Below, piece by piece: positions 40,966 to 52,870 of a DNA stretch of 64,000 nucleotides; position 1 is the stretch's first letter, and every line of letters begins with the position of its first letter. A program made the translations under genes and the position numbers. Source of the stretch: Octopus sinensis (lineage: Eukaryota); NCBI RefSeq assembly GCF_006345805.1, contig NC_042999.1, positions 60,884,001 through 60,948,000 of the forward strand, written 5' to 3'. The notes beneath the pieces are model-generated. The model was not told where the DNA came from. It did not search any database and saw only the letters and a list, made by a program, of their open reading frames with translations.

Positions 40966-42326
40966 AAATATCTTTATGAATGCCTTGGGGATTATGTATA
41001 TGCTCGTACTCAAACACTCACACATAACCACTTATGCTTGTATGTTGAAGTGTCTACTACAAATGAATATTCAGGATTTGGTGGAAATATATAAGTTATT
41101 TATTCACACAAGCAGATTGGTAAGGAATAACAGTATTCGAGGCACATGCAACGTAGTAGACACAAGTTTCAAATGATTGAGGACATCTTAGGCTAAAATG
41201 AAATATTGTTATATGAAAATTTCAGTCAATGTTATTTTGGCTGATCAAGCTCTTATGCAAATAGCTTTGCTTCAATTTCTTTTCATGCATTTCACTTTTG
41301 AAAAATTGCATCAATGTCATCAACATAACTCTTATCAAATATCGCTCGCATATGACACATATGAGGCTGGCTATGTCACAGCTGGCTCCGTAGAAACTTG
41401 CCGCTGAGATGAAAATTTGAAGTAATATAAATCATTTATCATCTTCTTTATTATAACTTGCGAATTCGTAGGATCGATGAAATACTTTTGTTTAATAACA
41501 GATACTGTATTTCATATTTTCAGATCTGTCAGTAAATACACGTAGAGAGATATATATTTAAGTGAAATTTGAAATAAGTACATGTTAGCTTGTAGTGATG
41601 GAGAAAACTATAAAATGTGGAAAACTGTAGCCGCTTCTTTAAGCTTGATGTATAGCCATGCAAGAATACTGAAAGGTGACTTGAGATCGACTACTGCATG
41701 GAAAGTATCCGATTTCAGGAGAAATGCATTCAATGCATTTTATCTATGGTTTAATCTACAAAAGCAACTCCCACAATGTAATAATGTATTGAACGTATAC
41801 ATGTACGAACATGCATTTCGCTCATATCTACATATAACTGCGTGCGCAGCCATATATATGCTGATGATGATGATGTGTTATTATATTTACTTGATGTGTC
41901 AGGCACGGAGAGCTTACTCATGGACAAACCAGGCCTTTTGCTGAGACTAGTGTGCTAGATGCCTATAATGCTACGTTTAAACTGATGAAGGTCAACATCT
42001 GAGACAAGCGGAAGAAACAGATTCCAGAAGAATGATATTGAGGGTAATAAGAACTGAAAATGGCGGTGTTATAAGGCGATGTTACCAACTGACAGGAAGC
42101 TTTGGATCAATCTCGTAAGCTTTGAGTAGTGAAAATGAGAAGGTTTCGAAAGGCGCAGGAGTGGCTGTGTGGTAAGTAGCTTGTTTACCAACCACATGAT
42201 TCATGGTTCATTCCCACTGCGTGGCACCTTGAGCAAGTGACTTCTACTATAGCTTCGGACCGACCAAAGCCTTGTGAGCGGATTTGGTAGACGGAAACTG
42301 AAAGAGGCACATCGTATATATGTATA

Positions 42327-42451
<125 letters not shown>

Positions 42452-42638
42452 GTGTGTGTATATATAGAATGGTTGTATACTGTCAATCTAACAAGAACGT
42501 GACAGTAGGGGGTACACCACCGCTGTATAGCCCTAGGAAGCATCGAACGCCTCCTGATAGCTTTGACACATTTTTTCCCTGTGTCCTTATATACATATAC
42601 GAAGGGGAGACAAACACCCCCGGCCGCCGGAACTGCAT

Positions 42639-42682
42639 CTAGGGACATCGTGTTTCAGGATCGTTGTCCTTCATCGGCCTAG
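42639..42682 (-). ncRNA. Type I hammerhead ribozyme (complete motif)
   Basis: CUAGG-CCGAUGA-AGGA CAACGA UCCU-GAA-ACA CGA UGU-C-CCUAG; all three stems pair, GUC site, U4C variant. Confidence 0.85.
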
Positions 42683-42777
42683 AGTAGCAGACACCGGTCA
42701 GCTGGTGATATTTGCCTCGACTTCGTAATTGTATATATATATATATTCAGTGAAGTTTATTCACTGATTATCAAAAT

Positions 42778-43283
42778 AAGAAATATTGAATTTCTAAATC
42801 TCTCGTAGAGACATGTACGGTGGTGGGGCGATAGAATGGTTGTATACTGTCAATCTAACAAGAAAGTGATAGTAGGGGGTACACCACCGCTGTATAGCCC
42901 TAGGAAGCATCGAACGCCTCCTGATAACTTTGACACATTTTTTTCCCTGTGTCCTTATATACATATACGAAGGGGAGACAAACACCCCCGGCCGCCGGAA
43001 CTGCATCTAGGGACACCGTGTTTCAGGATCGTTGTCCTTCATCTGTGTCCCTAGATGCAGTTCCGGCGGCCGGGGGTGTTTGTCTCCCCTTCGTATATGT
43101 ATATAAGGACACCGGGAAAAAATGTGTCAAAGCTATCAGGAGGCGTTCGATGCTTCCTAGGGCTATACAGCGGTGGTGTACCCCCTACTGTCACGTTCTT
43201 GTTAGATTGACAGTATACAACCATTCTATCGCCCCACCACCGTACATGTCTCTACGAGAGATTTAGAAATTCAATATTTCTTA
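42778..43283. repeat. Near-perfect inverted duplication (about 240-bp arms) of the hammerhead-bearing pLTR-like element
   Basis: 42778-43017 is the reverse complement of about 43046-43283; a third copy lies at 42466-42730; the inversion centre falls inside the ribozyme core. Confidence 0.92.
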
Positions 43284-43701
43284 TATATATTATATATATA
43301 TATATATATATAATATATATATATATATAATATATATATATGTATGTATATATGTTTGTGTGTCTGTGTTTGTCCCCTCACCATCGCTTGACAACCGATG
43401 GTGGTGTTTTTACGTCCCCTTAAATTTGCGGTTCGGCAAAAAAGATCGATAGAATAAATACTGGGTTCCAAAGAATAAGTCCTGAGGTCGATTTGCTCGT
43501 CTAAAAGGCGGTGCTCCAGCATGGCCGCAGTCAAATGACTGAAACAAGTAAAATAGTAAAAGAGATATGATATTAAAATAGCTGACAAAATCGAGAGCTT
43601 TGTTGCTAGCCATGTAACAAAATTACCTTCATTGAAATACTTTGATGAAAACGTTCAACAGATGAGACGTAATGAATAAAAATTCCATACATTCCGCCAA
43701 T

Positions 43702-43741
<40 letters not shown>

Positions 43742-44062
43742 GAGAGTGGGTGAGTGAGAGTGAAAGAGAGAGGCAAGAAGAGTAAAGCTTTCAGAGAATC
43801 TTTTGTTCATGCTTCGGATGACTATATTTCCTATTCTTTAAATTATTCCTACTGATTCGATTGTAAGATGCAGTTCGCTGATTCTCTCCCAACTGGACAG
43901 TGTTTACCACAATTCCCGCCCCTAAGTGAACTTGGATCCTAGTAGCTTACCAACTGGAGAACACAGACCGGTACCTATCAGTTTGGGTTACTCTTGATTT
44001 AAACTGTTCATTTTCTCTCCATCCCTTCTCTCTTTGTGTGTATATATATATAAATATATATA

Positions 44063-44480
44063 AAAGTACAAAATGGGACAAGAACGCAAAACATTCAAAT
44101 AGACGATACAAAAGACGGACGGGTCATTCGAAGCCTCTAATCTTCAGTCAAGAACCGGATCATCCTCGCAATTTCGGCTGATTAATCTTGAGATTGCTCC
44201 GATCTGGCCAGCCCTAAGGAAAAACTAAGCTACGAGCATTAGATATTTTGGAAAAAGGATCGAATGTATACGAAACAAGGACAGAAAAACGGACAATGTT
44301 ACACGAATATAAATACAATAAACAATAATAATAATAATAACAGGACAAAAACAACAGCCTTCTTTCGACTTTAGACAGTTCAACTTAGCTGGCGTATTTG
44401 AAAAATAATGCCTTACGGCAGACGAAAAGGTGGATGTTGTGGCGCTGGTCAGAAGCCGAAAGGCTATAGTTGACATAAAT
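44063..44480 (-). mobile_element. Non-coding PLE-like element in (TA)n carrying the rearranged hammerhead
   Basis: Homologous to 13978-14140 (TGGGACAAGAACGCAAAACAT..TAGACGATACAAA..GGTCATTCG); flanked by (TA)n; no credible ORF. Confidence 0.7.
44125..44266 (-). ncRNA. Candidate rearranged (non-circularly permuted) hammerhead ribozyme
   Basis: CAUUCGA..-GGCUG-G-CCAGAUC-GGA-GCAAU-C-UCAAGA-UUAAU-CAGCC-GAA-AUUGC-GAGGAU-GAUCCGG-U-UCUUGA-CUGAAGA-..UCGAAUG. Confidence 0.75.
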
Positions 44481-44482
44481 AC

Positions 44483-44546
<64 letters not shown>

Positions 44547-44960
44547 TATAGATCCATATATACACATATATATGTGTGTGCACGTGTGTGTGTGTATGTA
44601 TGTTTGTTTGAATTTATTTATATATGTATATATTATGTTTTTTTTAGAAGTCTATAAAATCATTTTATCTCAGAATTGTCTACGATATCATATCTTCCAA
44701 TGGTGTATACGGATGGTGGTTTTAATTTAATAGCGTTTCAATCGGTTACGCTGTGTATATTTGTACCCGGTGTTTGTCATAATCCTTTAGTATTTACCTA
44801 CATTCGCGATATACCTCAAGCACACGTACACGCATATAATCATGCATAAAGAGATACATATACACATATGTATGTGTAGATATATATATATACACACATA
44901 TATGAAAGCAATCAAATATATATGTGTATTTGTATGTGTATACATATATATGCATATTTA

Positions 44961-45009
<49 letters not shown>

Positions 45010-46037
45010 GCGTGTATGTATATATATATATAATATATATATATATAGGACACTATAAATACACTCTCTGCCTCCTCTCTCTTTCGGTTTCTTCTTTCTC
45101 TTTGTGTTTCTTTCTATTTTCTCTCTCTTTCTCTCCCCCATCTCTCTCTCTATATATATACACAGACACTATAGATATTACTTTAGTTTTCATTGGTGTG
45201 TGGTCATTTTTATGAAAATTCCTTTTAATCTCGACAAGTGTTCATGACATAACCCCATTCGGAGTTAACTATACCAAATCAATATCTTCAAAACTATACC
45301 TTTAATACGAAAATGTCTACGCACATACATATATGCGTACATATATTTACATGAATACACACGCATAGATATACGTATGAAAATTTATACAGAGCGGGAG
45401 AAGATAAATAAGCATGTGTTCATTTATGTATGTATGCGTATGTGTGCATAGACTATTAGTAATGTAGAGTGGTAGTTATTCTTTTACTATCGTACACACA
45501 TATATACGTATATGTGTGTTCGATAAACAGATTCATGTGTATATACTCCATGTGTAAAAATTGCTATTTGTACTAAATTCTATGTATCGAGACCGATTTC
45601 TCGCTTTTAATGTTCAATATAAGTGTTTAAATGCTAAAAATATATACAGAAATAAAAAACAACAACACAAATACATTAAACACTCGACCACATTCGAAAA
45701 TAAATGATATTGTGAAAGTAGTTTTATTTTCGTTTACTGAGTTACTGACAAATAGACACGAAGTCCATGCATTCGACTCCCCGTCTATTTGTGGAAATTG
45801 TGTTTTGGATTTCGGTTGTATGAAAACGAGCTGTTTCAATGCTGCCAATAAACGTGAGTGGCGTGATGTATTTTAACGAGATACTTGCACCTCACAAACA
45901 TAATCATTCTCTGACAATACATCTCACACACAAATTCGCTTACACTCACACTCATATTCATGTATATACACACACACATATATATGAGTCTATACGTACG
46001 TACATACGTACGTATTTTTTCGAATTTCATTGATATA

Positions 46038-46072
<35 letters not shown>

Positions 46073-46104
46073 CTTATTTATTTATTTATTTATCTGTGTT
46101 TTAG

Positions 46105-46233
46105 GTGTCAATAAAAACATTGTTACTCTCTAACAAAAAGGATACTGAAAGTGACTTCGAAAATTCGGCTAGCGAAGCCATAACGATACTAGCACACATT
46201 TTATTGCATTTTGATTTATATATTTCTGTAAAG
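46105..46233 (+). other. Possible isolated exon (129 nt, phase 0-0), unknown gene
   Basis: Acceptor TCTGTGTTTTAG|G, donor AAG|GTAAAG, open frame VSIKTLLLSNKK..DLYISVK; no recognisable domain. Confidence 0.3.
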
Positions 46234-46799
46234 GTAAAGTTTTATACAGTGGGTTCAGTTTTAGCGCATAATAATTTGGTTTTATAGTGTGTGACGATCT
46301 AATGACATGGTGTTATGGAGAATTTTTATTGATTAAATCTGGTTTGTGCTATTACATGAAATCCATTCATACAAGCAGACCTATGTAATAAAATATGTAT
46401 ATTTACGTGCGTCATCTCCAGGTCATAGAGGTTTTAAAAAATCCATTTACGTTCAAAGGTGTATGCTGGTCAGCATATATGTCACTCACTTAAGTTGTTA
46501 TTGTTGGGTATCAATGGTATATTTAACTTTTTAATTTGAAAATGTGGATATTGAATCTGAGAGCTACTTTTAACTAGTAGAAAAGTTTAAAGGAGCAAAA
46601 AACATAAAGCAATATGATGCTGTGGATTTTTGTAGGCCTTATTGTCAGAGTAATCCTATAGAGTTGACATTTTAAAATGGTTACGTTCAGTCTTGAAATA
46701 TGGGAGTTGACCGGTTCTATGCAGAGAATTTGGCCGGGCTTAGACCGATGAAATTTTTGACAGGTGCGATATCATAATCACAGAACATCTTAAGACTAC

Positions 46800-46843
<44 letters not shown>

Positions 46844-46859
46844 CGAAAGATACAAAAAT

Positions 46860-47560
46860 CAGCAGGGTTATGTACCCACGGTCCTAGAGCTCCATAGAAG
46901 ACGGCTGAAGGAAAGAAAATATCCAGTAATGTATAATGCAAATATAAACTAACCAAATGGGGATACAGCTGGAGATCAGTGTACAATACATTCTCACCCT
47001 GGACAATCGTCTTTGAGTCTGTATCGAGCCAAGTGTCACCGATGTGGAGATAGAGCAACACTGGAGAATGTTCTGATAGCTCACATATCATCTATGGCAG
47101 TATATACCTGGTGCCACGAGCAAGTTTTAACCATCGTAACTCATGCGCTATAAGAGCACTGCAGCAACAATAAGATGAACATGGTCAGCATGAGACATCT
47201 TTGTGAGGCACCTATGAGATACCTATGGCACGTGATTTTGTAGGTGGATCCATTTGGCAACGAAATCGTTAGAACTCTGTATAGAGTCAGCAGAATTAAG
47301 AACCAAAACTTCTCCAAGGTTATGAAAGTTAGCTGCAGAGAAAAATATTCAGGAGTGTACAGTGGAGAATGAATCTAACCGGAAAGTGATACTTCAGGAG
47401 GTCAGTGTATGATACATGTTCCCCCTGGTCATTTGTCATTTGGATTGTATCAAGATAAGTATCATCGATGAAGAGACAGGCAGTGCTGGAGAATATTCTG
47501 ACAGCTTGTATTCTATCAATTACAGCATATAAATGAAATGGTATAATAACGCATAATATT
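46860..47560 (+). mobile_element. Two tandem, diverged HERO/NeSL-like non-LTR remnants (zinc-knuckle region)
   Basis: RSVYNTFSP..KCHRCGDRATLENVL..YTWCHEQVL and a second copy RSVYDTCS, matching the SVYD.LPSP..CxxC..TLEHIL..Y.WRH.QVL pattern. Confidence 0.6.
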
Positions 47561-48756
47561 TGAGAATAACGTTGGAATCTTCCTGTCAATAATTTAATAA
47601 AACATACATTAAATTAATACGACATAATGTTCTGGGAAATGAAGTCAAATTAAGCGCAGTAGTCGAAGTCAATTGGTCAGGAGATGTGTACATCATTTTC
47701 AAATTTAGTTGAGTAACAAAATATTCAATGCTGAACTGATGGAAAATTTACAGTAATTCTATCCGGAAGAGAAATCTAGATTACAAAATATGACTGACCG
47801 AACACATTGATACATAATTATCCACTTCAGTAATAATCATAGAGTGCTGGTGTCTCACAAAACCGAAAACAACTGGTCTAGAGCACTTGGAAAATCATTG
47901 TCAATACGTATTGTTCAATAAAATATATGTCAATTAAATATTCAATAATTTATCATGTAATCAGTGCATCTACACCATATATCTTTTATGTAGCTGAACG
48001 TATATCTGAAAAAACTGATCCACGTAATAAACGACCTCTGCAAAAGTACATATCTATGCGCGTGCTCAATAACCATATCTATGCACGCTTATATGCGAAC
48101 ATTTCTACATGCTTATATGCATATCAGGCATATATGTGTGTTTGCGTGTGTTTGTGTTAGTATACATATATATGTACGTAATACATACATATGTCGATAC
48201 ATACATACACACACATACATACGTCAATGCCTATTCTCTTGATATTGTGATGACCTTCTTACTGAAAGTGGCACACTTTTGAAGAATTCCTAAAATAAGT
48301 CAGGACATTGCACACATAGTTATATACAGAAGGAAATGAAAATGGATATATATACATATATATATATATATACATTTTGTGTTTATACCAATTTGATATC
48401 TTGAAAATCGTGATCAAAGGTTTTTATGAGATTCTGATACTTATATCAGAGCTTTGTTTCCATAAAAATACATTTTTACCTGTATTTCCCAAAGTATCGA
48501 ACATTATTTTTCGTTTCCTTCCTACGAACAAGTATGACCTAGTTATATGTATGTATGTATGTATGTATGTAGGTATATATTTCTTTTTTCAGTTATTAGA
48601 TTGTGGCCATACTGGAGCACTTATGTATATGTATGCCAGTATATATTTATATATATAATATATATATATTATATATATATATATATATACATATATCTGT
48701 GTGTGATTTTGTGTCTACGTATGTATGCATGTATTTAAACATTTGTTTACAAGCTA

Positions 48757-48820
<64 letters not shown>

Positions 48821-49116
48821 AGAGATGCAGAGAATGTTCAATTGCTTTAAACTTTATTTGCATTGCCTGCAACCTTTGTGTAATCGCTTCATAATTCATG
48901 GTACCTCAATAAAGACGAACACATTATTGAATACTTAGTTCTAATATCTTAATGGAAAAGTTATAGCATTTTTTTAATACATTATAATCATATAGTTCAC
49001 TAATGTATTTACTAATAGCTTTGCGTTTGATTTATTGCAAATTCGATCAGTAATGATAGAAACACATCTACTACATATAAGCGACCATAAGAACTACACA
49101 CATACATACTTAGCTA

Positions 49117-49118
<2 letters not shown>

Positions 49119-49209
<91 letters not shown>

Positions 49210-49271
49210 GTATATATATATATATGTGTGTGTGTGTATATATATATAAATGTATATATATATATACATAT

Positions 49272-49330
<59 letters not shown>

Positions 49331-49364
49331 CATATATATATACGTACACAAATACGTACACGCA

Positions 49365-49400
<36 letters not shown>

Positions 49401-49789
49401 TATACATGAAATTTTGTGTAGGTATATAAGCATATATGTGTATGGTTGTTGGTGCATATACATATATACATATTAAAATGTATGTGTCTGTGCGAGCGTG
49501 TGTGTTTATGCATGTGTGTGTGTGTGCTTGTATTTGTGTGGCTGTCTATGTTTCTACGTAAGCGCTGTAGGTGCGTATACATTCAAATATGTGCGTTCTT
49601 GTGTTTGTTTACTCTTTTAGACTATTATGAATTGAAGCTATATATATGCACGTGTTTTTCAATAGTACACTTTCTTGATCTTTCTCACTCTACCAATCTA
49701 CCTATTTTCTTTTCTCGCTCGCTCCCACCCTTTATCTTCCATTTCCTACTTTTTATATACATACCTAAATAAATACACATACACACACA

Positions 49790-49835
<46 letters not shown>

Positions 49836-49836
49836 T

Positions 49837-49876
<40 letters not shown>

Positions 49877-49989
49877 CATTCAAACATATTAACATGCACA
49901 CACACAAAAGAACACATCGCACAAAGACAAACACAAACACACACACATGTATATATATATACATACACATATATATATATATACATATA

Positions 49990-50062
<73 letters not shown>

Positions 50063-50812
50063 GTGATGGTGTGTGTGTTCGTGTGCATGGTTGTATTACT
50101 CATTCAACTGTACAATATTCGCCTAGAAGTACACAAGTATACGTCTATCTATACGGGGATGTTTGTGTCTGAGTTTTGTCTGTTTGCGTTTGTGCGTACA
50201 GACAAGTAAACACATTATAAGCATGCATACACACATACTTACTTATGTCCATACAATACGTATAGACGTAATTATTTATCTTGACGTGCAATTAAAATTT
50301 TATTCCGGAACTGACCGGCATATACAGTTCGTAATAGAAACAAAACATTTGTCACAATTTTGTTTTTATTATTACTCTTATAAATTTCTATATTGCAACT
50401 GATAGAGACACCCCACCTCACCATACAAATCCACGTTCACCAGGCTCTGACTTAAAAGTGGGAGTCTAATTTTCCTATTGAGTACACACGTGTGTGTGTG
50501 TATGTGTGTATTCATGTATATATGTATGTATGTATGCATTATGTATCTATGTATGTATCTATCTATATATATACATATATATATATGTATATCTATCTAT
50601 ATATGTATATATACATATATATATATGTATATCTATCTGTCTATATATATGTGTATATACAAATATATTTATATTTATATACATATACACACACAAACAC
50701 ACACACACAAACACACACACACACAAACACGCACACACACACACACACGCAGACACACACACACGCAGACACACACACACGCAGACACACACACACACAC
50801 ATATATATATAC
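49119..50812. repeat. Dense microsatellite cluster (TA, CA, GATA)
   Basis: Direct reading; source of many spurious YIYI/HTHT ORFs. Confidence 0.95.
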
Positions 50813-51089
50813 CTTAATGAAAATTAGAGAAGTTAAATACTTTAACACATATATGTGTGTATATATACAAATAAATTTAGATTAAGTCGAAAATGGAAAA
50901 ATCTTGATCAACAACAATTGATTACCATCGATTATTATTTTTAATACTAAACATTATCCAATCTAACAATGTCCAACAGTGATGCCAAATAAAATTCTGA
51001 GAATAATATTCGTCAAATTGTGTAAGGCATCCGATCTGGAACATGTAACTTCATCAGAGTAAAGAAAAAACATAAACGAAAAGAAAAGA

Positions 51090-51181
51090 GGAAGAGCCTC
51101 GAGAGGAGGCCTGAAGCCTTTCACTGTAAAATGGCATGATTCAAATATATTAACCCTCGTTCCTCCTCTCGAGGCTCTTCC
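51090..51181. repeat. Perfect 20-bp GC-rich inverted repeat with 52-nt spacer
   Basis: GGAAGAGCCTCGAGAGGAGG (51090-51109) / CCTCCTCTCGAGGCTCTTCC (51162-51181). Confidence 0.85.
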
Positions 51182-51543
51182 ACTTCTCTTTCACAGTTCA
51201 AATTCACGAAAGTGTAGATGTTGATCCCTAAGTCCTAAGATACAATCCTGTGGAAAGTCACGTATGGTTGTAGCGTTACTACAGTAAATAACCAGAGACA
51301 ATTGCGAACGTATCGAAGTTTCGTAAGAGAATGATAATGGAGGTGGCTATTAAGGAATAAAGGGAATGAAAAACAAATACAAAGAGAAGAATGTAAAGAT
51401 AGGGAAGCAGGAAGTACAGAAAGTGCAGGCGGAAAGCAAGAATTGGTGTGAAGGATAAAATAAGGTATATAAAAATATAATGTACGAAAATAAACAAGAT
51501 GAAAATATAAACATGTCGTCTATATCATCGTTTCATTAATCTA

Positions 51544-52385
51544 TACCCTTCACATTTTTCCTATCTGTCTCCGATGACAGAATATCCCATGCTTTGGGAT
51601 AACCCAGAAACAGTTGTAACTTTTTCCTATAGTAATTACGTACATGACAACAAATATTTGTCTTGCCTTAGCGTTTGTTGTTGTATTTAACAATAATATG
51701 TATATGTATATATATACATATACGACGGGCTTCTTTCAGTTTCCCTCCATCTAATCTGCTCAGAAGGCATTATAATAGAAGACACTTGCCCAAGGTGCCT
51801 TGCAATGTGACTGGACGGGGAACCATGTGGTTGGTTACAAGCTACTTACCACACAGTCACACCTGCACCCATATATATATATATATATAAATATATATTA
51901 ATAAATGAAATAAAACATATGCATATATATAAACATATATGTACGTACCTACCTCTACATGTACATATACACGCATATATGAGTACAGGACACTAAAAGG
52001 ACGTCGAACACAAAGAGAAAGGAAAACATAGACACAAACCAAAGGAACAGGACATTTTTTTAAAAACAACAAAAAATGGAGTACAGGACAATTGACACAA
52101 CGAAAAAACCCCTTCTTCAGTCGCTAAGGTTTCATCTACTCTACGTTTCGAAGGATAAAAGCGAGACGTATCTTCGACAAGAAACTTTCCTTCCTGCGAA
52201 AAGCAAATCAATTAAAATTCTGAGATCTTTTCGCAGAGGGGTAAAAAATGGTAAAAAAATGGTAAAAAAACAGGACACTAACGACAGTACAAAAATATAA
52301 ACAGTAAGAAAACAGTAAAAAAATATATATAACAGTAAAAGACAGGACAGGGAAAACAAGATAAGAAGGGCTGTATATATATATG

Positions 52386-52416
<31 letters not shown>

Positions 52417-52431
52417 GTATATATATATATG

Positions 52432-52478
<47 letters not shown>

Positions 52479-52489
52479 TATACACATAT

Positions 52490-52543
<54 letters not shown>

Positions 52544-52870
52544 GTGCAGGTGTGCCTGTGTGGTAAGTAGCTTGTAACCAACCACATGATTCCCCGTTCA
52601 GTCACACTGCAAGGCACCTTGGGCAAGTGTCTTCTATTATAAAGCCTTCTGAGCAGATTAGGTGGAGGGAACTGAAAGAAGCCCGTCGTATATGTATATA
52701 TATATATATATACATATACATATTGTTGCTAAAGAGAAAACAAACGCTAAGGCAAGACAAATATTTGTTGTCATGTACGTAATTACTATAGGAAAAAGTT
52801 ACAACTGTTTCTGGGTTATCCCAAAGCATGGGATATTCTGTCATCGGAGACAGATAGGGAAAATGTGAAG

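Noticed and set aside
41523-42120. Acceptor-like site followed by a 120-aa ORF
   Set aside because: Stops near the acceptor, no recognisable domain, and the downstream part resembles a decayed LINE.
48377-50885. Many ORFs of 60-165 aa ([16 protein letters not shown]), here and across the window
   Set aside because: They are translations of stop-free microsatellites.
52188-52207. TTTGCTTTTCGCAG|G (and TTTTTCCTTAG|G at 44214) look like splice acceptors exactly before stem II, suggesting the ribozyme is assembled by back-splicing
   Set aside because: No GT donor follows CUGANGA in any copy, the 14125 copy lacks the AG, and the pyrimidine run is explained as one strand of a 10-bp hairpin.
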